From positions 2,644,984-2,708,983 of the forward strand of contig OZ241984.1 of assembly GCA_965204385.1 (NCBI GenBank): a stretch of DNA of 64,000 bases, read 5' to 3'. Below the pieces are notes generated by a model, which had not been told where the DNA came from, did no database searches, and was given only the letters and a program-made list of their open reading frames with translations. This document shows positions 9,377 through 19,000 of the stretch, one piece after another. Every line of letters begins with the position of its first letter. Within the stretch, counting starts at the first letter, position 1. A program made the position numbers and the translations under genes. The stretch is from Dehalococcoidia bacterium. Lineage in GTDB: Bacteria > Chloroflexota > Dehalococcoidia > Lucifugimonadales > Lucifugimonadaceae.

Positions 9377-9768
9377 CTACTCTTGCTTCTCACCCTTGGG
9401 CATTCGGTAGCCGATTCGAGGCTAAGCGAAGATGAAGGTCGAATCGCCCGCGTCGTCGCCCAACCTCCAGCGAAGCGTGGTTATGACGGTCCGCATCGGT
9501 GCCATTTCGGCCTCGACTCCCCAGACGCGTTGCAGAAGATGCTCGTAAGGCGTCACCCGCCCTGCGTTCAGTGACAGTTCGGCGAGTGTACGGTACTCGA
9601 TAGGGATCAGGCGGATTGACGCCCGGCAAGTGTGACGCTGCGCTCAATACAGTCGATAGTCAGGCCGCCCAGAAGGTAAGGCTCCGCCGGTTCGGGTACT
9701 TCCCGCTTACGCAGGGCCGCTCCGATCCTCGTTACGAGTTCGGTCGGAGAGAAGGGCTTGAGACCCAT
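9377..9768 (-). pseudogene. Decayed OmpR/PhoB-type response regulator (C-terminal winged-helix part only)
   Basis: Minus-strand reading gives 'KPFSPTELVTRIGAALRK...YLLGGLTIDCIERSVTLAGR'. A 1-nt frameshift then leads to 'IPIEYRTLAELSLNAGRVTPYEHLLQRVWG...MRTVITTLRWRLGDD...FIFA*PRIGYRMP', which contains an in-frame TAG. The receiver domain is absent. Confidence 0.7.
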
Positions 9769-10060
9769 CAAAGGGCGAGGTAAAGGGTTGACTCAAATGC
9801 CCGCTGCCTCTCAATCAGGTCGATTTCAGTTGTTGGAGGGAGTTCCTCTTGAAATCCCTGCTCGATAGCGTATTTCCGAAATAGGGCGGTATGCCGGCGT
9901 CGAAAGTCGAAGTGCAATCGTACTTGCGGATCTGAAGGCCATCTGGATATGGGACCAGAGACTGCGAGACTTGCCGGGCGACGGGCTTAGGCAGAGATGG
10001 ATTGAGCGCTTGCTCAAGGCTCAAAGTCCACACTCTTTGGTTCATCTCATCAGGCTCGGT

Positions 10061-12703
10061 CTAAACACGCAACTTCCGGTATCGCTCCGCCATTCGAAGT
10101 GATCGGGCGGACATTCTGTTACCAGCAACGCCCAGTGAGAAGTTGCGACGTTTGGGTGCCTTTTTCTCCTCCAAGGGATCTCCGTCCGCATCCGAAGCCG
10201 CGGTCGAAAGTGCGTCGTCCCGGACCGGCTGCGTGGATCCGCCTCTGCCCACGTTGAAAGACGCGATCACCACTTGCCCGACGACCACGAACGTCATGTA
10301 TGCCAAAGCGATAGTCCCATGAAGCAGGTAGCCGAGCTTCATCCGGTCCATCGCATCCTCGCGGCTGAAGCCCAAATCAGCAAAATCGATCTGCCAGGAC
10401 TGCAACAGGTTGTGGTCCGGCAGGATCTGCGAAACGCTCGGTAAGGAGTAGGAGGTCGATATTACGGCGATCCCCACGACGTAGGCAATAACAATGCTGC
10501 ATACCGACGCAGTCCGGAAGAAACGTCTGTCACTGTCCGAAAAATCCACCGACGGGTCACGGAGTACCTGCAGCCACGCGAACGTCAACGCCAGATTTGG
10601 GAAAACGAGCAAGATCTGAATCCAGACCGAAGCGCTGGAGATGAATAGGACGACAGCGTAGACGATAACCAAGGGGCGGGTGGCGACCAATACCGCCCGT
10701 TTCAGAGCGTTGCCCACTCCTCCGTCTGTAGGTCGATGCTTCTGTCGCATCAGATGGAACATCAGCCCGGCGGCTGACGCGAGCGCGAAGTTGACTAGGA
10801 GGGCGAACATGTACGGCATATGCGTGCCGGCGAGACCTTCAATCCTGTAGAAACCGTATTGATCCGTACCGATCGACGCGAACTGCAGTATCGGGGTGCT
10901 CAAAACCACAAACACGGAAATCCAGTAAAAATCGCGCGTTCCGGTGTTCCGGGTGGGGAACACTCGCGGATGAACCGATACCATGGCGATGGTGAGACAG
11001 ACGTACATGGCTGGCACCCAGGTGTCGCTCCAGTGGAGGAACGACATTGCTTGGCCGATGCCGACTATAGCCAGTGCTAACGGGAGGCAACGCACGAGTA
11101 GGAAGCTGACCGTCGGACGTGCGCCGAGCCTCGTGACCAGACCGGACAGCGGAAATGAAGATCGGAGATGGAAATCGAAGTGAGCCCCGGGGATTCGACG
11201 GCTCCCAGGTTGACTCTCCAAACCTAATCGCGTTAGTATGAAAGAGTTCAGTAAGCTGAAATTAAAGTTCTTCTTCGCTAAGCGTTCAAACCCGCGGTGC
11301 CAAGCCTGACGGCGGTGCCGTTTTGTTTCTTCCCGCTGGGATTCAGTTGCCGATAACGTAGACGATTCAATTGGGTGGATAGTTGCCTTTATCGGGATTT
11401 CCGCCCCGTTATCGGCTTCCTCACCACCTGATTCGACGGTATTTCCTCGCGCAATGTTAATCGAATCGTGGAGCAGTTGTAAACCTCCCTCACGCATTCC
11501 ATCGCTGATATCCGGGTTGCGTTCTTCATTCCGTGATCCGACCGGCGTGAACTCCGCCGCCGAACCGTAGTATTGCGCCACCGCGCCCCTTGCCGCGGTC
11601 TCGTTTCTAATGTAATGGGCTGGCATGCGCGGGGAGCGCCAACGCCCCGCAGTCATCAGTCTGGGAAGCTCTGTGCCCGCCCTTGCAAGATCCTGCGCCA
11701 TGCCTACCCGCGGTGAGTGTCCGCTGAACCCGTCGCCCAGCCCAGCGGCTTGCGCAGCACTCTTGATCCGTCTCGCGATCTGGTTTGCGCTCAGGCCGAA
11801 AATCGTGTCGTTCGTGTCCGAAGCTGCGCGAATGGATTCGAGGTCCATCATCGTCGGACCGGAAACGAAAAGCACCGCGGTCTCTCCTTCGGCGTCGGTC
11901 TTGGACCGTCTGATTAAGAGCCGACCTGTACCATCGGGCGCGGCATGAAGATCGCCCCATCGCAGCGAAGCGGCCTCGGACAACCTCAGCATCGCGTCGC
12001 GCATCAGCGAAATAATCGCGATGTCGGTGAGCCCCCTCCGCGCCGCGGCCTGGGTATTTTCAATCCCGCCATCTCGGTGTGAGCGCGGCAGTAGCGCCGT
12101 TTCTCTGATTTTCTGCAGCGCCTCTGCAGTTAGCGCCTCTGCCTGGCGTTGTTCACGACCCGCTTTGCGCGCCGCGCTTTTGAGGGCGTTCCTCACGTCC
12201 TGCGAGGCGCACGGATCGTTGAGTTCCGCCGCTCTGTGGGCGTATGAAACCGCGGCGGCGGCCGACCGCAGAGTGGCCGGTTTGTGTCCATGAACCTCCA
12301 TTCGCTCGGCGAGATACACCGCGACGTGAACCGGATCGGCCGGAAGCGCGGGCACTTTCTTGGATCGCGCCCAGTCCGCGAAGATGCGCCACTGCGTCTC
12401 GTAGCTTCGCCTAGTGTTTTCCGAGATCTCGTGACCTAGGATCGCATCCAGATTCTCTAAATCGGAACGCTCGAGGGCATCCGCGCCCGATTCGAGGGCG
12501 TCGGTCAGCTTCTCGTCGGGATGTGGATCCCGATCGTCCTCTCGCGCGGCGCCGGAACGCGCCGCGTGTCCACCATCTGCCGCTACGCGGCGGTCGTCGT
12601 CAAAGACAAACCCATCTTCTCCCTCATCTGTCACATCCCTCGACGTTTGCTGCTTGGCGCTTCCGTCATCGCCGATCGGCGCGCCCAAAAAACCACCAGT
12701 CAT
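10061..12703 (-). CDS. Tyrosine recombinase/integrase fused in frame to a C-terminal polytopic membrane domain
   Basis: The N-terminal half has a SAM-like core-binding region ('SENTRRSYETQWRIFADW...VAVYLAE') and a catalytic region ('DIAIISLMRDAMLRLSEAASLRW...SGHSPRVGMAQDLA...AGRWRSPRMPAHYIRN'). The C-terminal ~400 aa contain about 8 hydrophobic helices. It is one uninterrupted 883-codon ORF. ATG at 12703. Confidence 0.7.
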   Translation of the reverse strand: MTGGFLGAPIGDDGSAKQQTSRDVTDEGEDGFVFDDDRRVAADGGHAARSGAAREDDRDPHPDEKLTDALESGADALERSDLENLDAILGHEISENTRRSYETQWRIFADWARSKKVPALPADPVHVAVYLAERMEVHGHKPATLRSAAAAVSYAHRAAELNDPCASQDVRNALKSAARKAGREQRQAEALTAEALQKIRETALLPRSHRDGGIENTQAAARRGLTDIAIISLMRDAMLRLSEAASLRWGDLHAAPDGTGRLLIRRSKTDAEGETAVLFVSGPTMMDLESIRAASDTNDTIFGLSANQIARRIKSAAQAAGLGDGFSGHSPRVGMAQDLARAGTELPRLMTAGRWRSPRMPAHYIRNETAARGAVAQYYGSAAEFTPVGSRNEERNPDISDGMREGGLQLLHDSINIARGNTVESGGEEADNGAEIPIKATIHPIESSTLSATESQREETKRHRRQAWHRGFERLAKKNFNFSLLNSFILTRLGLESQPGSRRIPGAHFDFHLRSSFPLSGLVTRLGARPTVSFLLVRCLPLALAIVGIGQAMSFLHWSDTWVPAMYVCLTIAMVSVHPRVFPTRNTGTRDFYWISVFVVLSTPILQFASIGTDQYGFYRIEGLAGTHMPYMFALLVNFALASAAGLMFHLMRQKHRPTDGGVGNALKRAVLVATRPLVIVYAVVLFISSASVWIQILLVFPNLALTFAWLQVLRDPSVDFSDSDRRFFRTASVCSIVIAYVVGIAVISTSYSLPSVSQILPDHNLLQSWQIDFADLGFSREDAMDRMKLGYLLHGTIALAYMTFVVVGQVVIASFNVGRGGSTQPVRDDALSTAASDADGDPLEEKKAPKRRNFSLGVAGNRMSARSLRMAERYRKLRV

Positions 12704-13088
12704 CGCAATCAATCCCCTTCATAAAAAGTGCCGGTCAAACGGTTGATAAAGGCAATTATGCGACAGGGAGCGTGTTGCCGACGAAGTTGTGCAGAAAAAC
12801 GAAAGGCCAATCGTAGCGGTTGAAAAAAATCTGAAGATTCTGTGGAATCGATCGAACCGACGATCCAATCTGATCGTCGAAATCCCTGGTGGTTCGGGTA
12901 GATCGTTGACGGGCGCTTGGGCAATGAGGAGAGTGCGCCTAACGGCGCGAGGTTCAGGTGATTCTCGGCGAGATTCCCGGATCGATCAGACATCTTGCGC
13001 GGCGCAGTTTTCCCTTGGTTTCAAATCGCAATCCTTTGTGAATGGTTAATCGATACGCGAGTCGCGGGAGTGAACTTTGCAGACTTCT

Positions 13089-16000
13089 ATGCCACATAGC
13101 AACGAGAACGGCCTGATTAGAAGACGTTTCGCGAGCGTGCTGCGTCTGCGAGTTCCGGTCATTCTCGCCGCTGTCGCGGTGACGGCGCTGGTTTTGGGTG
13201 GTCTCGACCGGCCTGTGTTGGCCCAAACCCCTACCACCCCCACCGGTCTGACGGCGACCGCGGATTCTGCGACCAGCGTCTCGTTGAGTTGGGATACGAC
13301 GACCGACACAAATACTGCCGGCTACAAAGTTCTGCGGCGTGTGGGCACCACCGGGAATTTCACAGAGGTGGAAGACGACACTGGTTCCACCACGGCCTCC
13401 TACACCGACGACACTGTCTCCGGTGATACCACGTACCAGTATCAGGTTAAGGCGATTATGGGGACCAACGAATCGGCCGCTTCGAACACGGCAGAGGCGC
13501 GCACTCCTCCCGAGTCGGTCTGGAGTGCCACTCTGACGGTGGGGTCGGGAACTTTTCCCGGCACCCAAGTAGTCGACGAACACCTATTCGGGTACTTCGG
13601 CGTTTCGGGGGCAGATTTTGGCACCTTTTCGGACGATGATTTCGACATCGGCTCTACAACGTACACGGTAACCGCGGTGATGTACGGGCGGCTGACTGGT
13701 GATACGGACTTCAGGTTGTATGTGATCTTCTACGACGCCGACCTTAACGGGCTTCAATTGCCGGCGCGCTTCAAACAAATTAAAGTCGGCGATGACGTAT
13801 TCGACTTGGATGGCAATTGGGTTACAGCTAGGAGCATTTACTCAATCCCGGTCAGCGAATCGCCTTTCCCTGCCGTAGGGCAAACCGTCTCAGTCGAGAT
13901 CGCAACCTCGTTCCCGGTTGTGACGGTGGATACGGATACGGTCACGGACGGTGTGCAGAGCGACGCGTTGAGCGTCACTGAGGGCGCCACGGGGACATAC
14001 TCGATGGTCCTCGATACCGAGCCTACTGGCGATGTGACGGTGACACCGACCGCGCCGGATGGCTTGAGCGTCAGCCCGGACAGCCTCACGTTCACTAGGG
14101 GCAACTGGGAAACCGCGCAGTCCTTCACGGTCACGGCTGAGCAGGACGACGACCTGGCCGATGAGAGCGGTTTGGAGATCACCCACGCGGTTTCCGGCTA
14201 TGGGTCGCTGACAACGGCGGACGCGGTCACGGTGAACGTGACCGACGACGATACGGCCGACATCACGATCACGCCGACCACGCTGGCGGTCAACGAGGAA
14301 AGCACGGCGACCTACACCGTTGTGCTCGACTTCCAACCCAGTTCCGATGTCACCGTCACGCTTACGCAGCCCACCAATACCGACGTGACCGCGGACACAG
14401 ACACTTCGACGACGGACGTCGACGACACCACTCTGACCTTCACAAGTACGAACTGGAATACTCCTCAGACCGTCACCGTCAGCGCGGCTGACGACACCGA
14501 CATCACCAACGATACGGCGACGATCACCCATGCCGCGACGCAGCCCGGGACAACCGGTGAATATGAAGGCATCACTGTCGGTTCGGTCACGGTGAACGTC
14601 AACGACAACGACATCATCACATTGAGCGTGTCGTCGCTGACGGTGGAAGAGGGAGGCGCTAGCAAGACCTACACGGTGAAACTTGCCAGGCAGCCGAGTG
14701 CGAACGTGACGGTGACGCTCACGACATCGGCCGCTATCGGCTTGACGGTCGATACCAGTGCGACGGTGGGTCTCCAGAACACGCTGATGTTCACGATGGA
14801 CAACTACAACAATGCGCAGACGGTGACGGTTTTAGCGACCAACGACGCCGACGGTTTCGACAACACGGGAACGATCACGCACACCGTTAGCGGTGGCGGG
14901 TTGTCAGGTACTTCGGGATTGTCCACCACGGTGGATGACGACGAGACTGTGGGGCTGGTGTTCGGAGGGTCGGCGACGGATGGCGACGCCGACGGCGATT
15001 TCGAGATGACGGTGACCGAGGGCACCGATTCGGGGTCGAGCAACCAGTACACGGTGAAGCTCTCTTCGCAGCCGTTTCCCACCAATCAAAACGTGACGGT
15101 CAAGGTCACGGCGCCGGCAGGACTGCTGACGTTAAAGAAGACGGGCCAGACAACGGCGGCGAAGACCGTCAATCTGATATTCACGGGAACGAACTGGAAC
15201 ACCCCGCAGACGGTGACTGTCGTCGCGGGCGACGACGACGACAGTTTCGACGCGACCGGCATTTCGGTCACTCATGAAGCGAGCGGTGCAAACTTCGGTA
15301 GCGTTTCTGAGCCGATAGATTTCACCGTGGAGGACGACGACTCTCCGAGTCTGGTGTTTTCCAAGACGACGATCGACGTCGACGAGACTAACGCTACGGT
15401 CACGACGACGTACACGGTGAAGCTCGCCACACAGCCTTCCGAGACTGTGACTGTCACGCTGAGTCAGCCCACCAACACCGACGTGACTGTCGACACGAAT
15501 ACGACGGAGACGGGCAACCAGAACACTTTGATGTTCACGACCTCGAACTGGAACAACGCGCAAACGGTCACTGTCAGAGTAGCTTCAGACCGAGACGCGG
15601 CGGACGAATCGGCGACCATCACCTCTACCGCCTCTCAATCGGACACCTCTAAGGAGTACCACGGTGTCACGGGTGCGGATGTCACCGTAAATGTCGATGA
15701 CAACGAGTCGGCGACGATCACCGGCATTCCGGGGTCAACCACCGTTACAGAGCCAACAACGGGCACGAGCACACTCCACGTAGGCACGATCAGGCTGAGC
15801 GCACCTCCGACATCGCCCGTTACGTTGACGATGGCGGTCGAGGCAGTGACGCCGGCGCAGGTGATGGGCCAGAGCTGGACGGACCCGGACGTCAGCATGG
15901 CTCGTCAAACCTTGACGTTAAATGACGGTAACTGGAACATGGGAGTGGCCCTCCAGGTTGTTGTCGCTACCGACGACGACGCCGAGAACGACGTGGCACG

Positions 16001-19000
16001 GGTCACCTACACGGTCACCCAGAGCGGCGGTGCGCAGGAGTACGACGGGTACTCGATTGCCAACACCACCGTGAACGTCACGGACCCCGAAACACCGAAG
16101 GTTCAGTACAAGAAATCCACAGAAACCACGTTCGCCGATGAACCGGACTTAGACATGGATGAAGGCGGGACGATGAACGTCGACGTCCGGCTGACGCATC
16201 GTCCGCGTGGCAACGCGGTCGTGTCGGTGTCTGTTCCGTCGGGATCGGGGCTGGCGGTCACGCCGACCAATAGAAGACTCACGTTCACACCGAACGCTTG
16301 GACCTCGGCGCAGTCGATGCAGTACACGTTCTCGCATACAGCGGACGACGACGCCTTCAGTCAGGTTTACGAATTAGATTTTTCGGTCTCAGGTTACGGC
16401 TCCGACGCGACGGTGGAAGATCTCGAGTTGACGGTGGATGACGGTGACGACGTCGAGGCCTCGGTCGACCCCGTCGCCCCCGCCACCATGCTTCCGGACA
16501 CGGTAGATGAGCAGGATGCGACGGGCGTGAAGTACAAGATCTCGCTCGAAAGCAGACCTTCGACCAGCACCGGTGCGGCTGGGACGGTCAGCATCAGGAT
16601 CACCTCGTCCGACAGCACGGTGACGGCCACGCCGAACCCGGTGGTGTTGAATTCCAGCAACTGGGAAGACGGCGTGGTGGTCACGGTCAAGGCCGCGAAC
16701 GACGCCGACGGAGCGGACGAGGAAGTCACGTTGAGCCACGCCGCGACTTCGCAGGTCTCAGGAGAGAACGGCGACTACCACAACGTCGCGATTGACAACG
16801 TGGTCTTGACGATTGACGACAACGACACGCCGGCCGTGGAGTTCCATGCTGATGACATCGAAGTGGACAGCGTCACCGGCGTCCGGTCCATCGAAGTTGA
16901 TGAACCTAATACAAGGATTGCCGAGGTCGCGGATTTCCGCGTACGACTCACGACCGAACCGACTGATCGAGTCTTCGTGCAGGCGACGAATCCGACGGAC
17001 GACGAAGATGTGTGGTTGACGTTACTTACCCAGATTTCGAGGGGTTTCGTAGCTGGTGACTATCAGAACTGGAAAACGTTCGACGTTTTCTCCCGGGCTG
17101 ACGATGACACTGCCGACGAGACGGCGACGATCACGTTCTCGGTGACCCAGGACGGCTCTGGCTTTGACGAGTACGAGGATGTCGAGGTAGATGATCTGCT
17201 CATAAAGGTGATCGACCCGGACCGGTCCGCCGCGGTTGTGACGTCGGACGGATCGCCGGTCACAAAGTTGACCGTTCTAGAAGAAGGCATGTTGGACTAC
17301 CACGTCGCGCTTTCCCATGCGCCGGCGAGCGGCGACGAACTGACGGTCACGCTGACGGTCACCGGCGCGGGCACGCAGATAACGCTCGACACAGACACGG
17401 ATATGGCAGGCAATCAGAACACGCTGACATTCAATTCGACGAACTGGAACACTAGACAGCAAGTGACGGTGACCGGCGTCGCGGACACGAATCTGGTGGA
17501 CGAAAAGTACACCATCGCCCACGCAGTGACGGGAACCCGAGCGAGTACGACGGTGACCAATCTCGAGATCACCCGGTCGGACAACGACCGTCCCAACTTG
17601 GACCTCGGCGGCTTCGCGTCCCGCGTGGTGCCTGAAAACGATTCCATCTCTCTCGGAATAAAGCTGACGCAACAACCTTCCGATGATGTCACTTTGACGG
17701 TCACCGCGACCGGCAACACGGATGTCAAGTTCTCGACCGATGACTGCACCACGCTCGCGAGCACGGGAACCTTGACTTTTACCGACAGCAACTGGGACGA
17801 ATCGCAGAGTTTGAAGCTTTGCGCCGCGGAGGACTACGATGCCAGCAACGACTCGGCGTCTCTGACTTTCAGTGCGTCAGGCGGCGGGTACGACTCTTTG
17901 AGCTATCCGGCCTTTCCAGTCACGGTGAACGACAACGATACGGAGGGCATCACGGTATCTCCGAGCACGCTCGACATCACCGAGGTCGACGGAGGCGTCG
18001 GCACCGGCACCTACAACGTGAGCCTCAGCGCGGCTCCCACTGGAGGCGTCGTCACCGTCAACGTAAACGTGACGGACAACACCGACGTCACGACAAATCC
18101 GAGAACTCTCACCTTCGCGCTCAGCGACTGGACGGCCGCAGGGACGCAGACGGTGAGCAAATCGGTGGAGGTTCGCGTCGCGGACGACGACGGAGCGGGG
18201 GACGAAACGGCGGACATCAGCCATACCCAGAGCGGCGTGGCCTACGATGCCGGCACCGGCGGACTCGGAGGCGTGAGGGTGAACGTCACCGACACGGACA
18301 TCCGCGCTGTTGTTTTCGCCGCGGACGACCCGTTCGAATTCGACGAGGGCGGATCGAAGACGTACACCGTGAGGCTCGACACCGAGCCGACGGGCACGGT
18401 GACCGTCAGCATCGGCGATCCCGACGCGACCGACGACATTCGCGTGGACAAAACGGCTCTAGATTTCACGGCCAGAAACTGGAACTCGCCGCAGACGGTC
18501 AGAGTCAGCGCCGACGCGGACGACGATGCGGTGGACGACACGGTCACGATCACTCACACCGTCTCCGGCGCCGACTACGGCGCGAACGACGTGACAGCCG
18601 ATTCTTTGGACGTCAACGTCAACGACTTGAACGTGCGAGGCGTTGCTGTGGACACGGACCCGGACCGGGTAGGTCCTCAGGATGAGTTGGTAATCGGCGA
18701 AGGATTCTCCGGATCATATGAAGTCATGCTGGGCACCCAACCGGTCGGCGGCACGGTCACCGTCGCCATCACCTCTGACAACTCCGACGTCACGGTGTCC
18801 CCGACGTCGCTCGAATTCACCGCCACCGATTGGAACGATCCGCAAGATGTGACGGTGACCAGTGGGCAGGACGATGACTCGGATGCGGACACCGCAACGC
18901 TGTCTCACACGCCTTCGGGTGCAGACTATGCCGGTGTGACGGGTGGCCAAGTGACGGTGACGGTCAACGACGACGACGCTCCTTCCTTCTCGACCTCGGC

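Noticed and set aside
9815-10045. 76-aa ORF next to the integrase as a possible excisionase.
   Set aside because: No helix-turn-helix or Xis-like motif is recognisable. Its composition is unremarkable and it may be non-coding.
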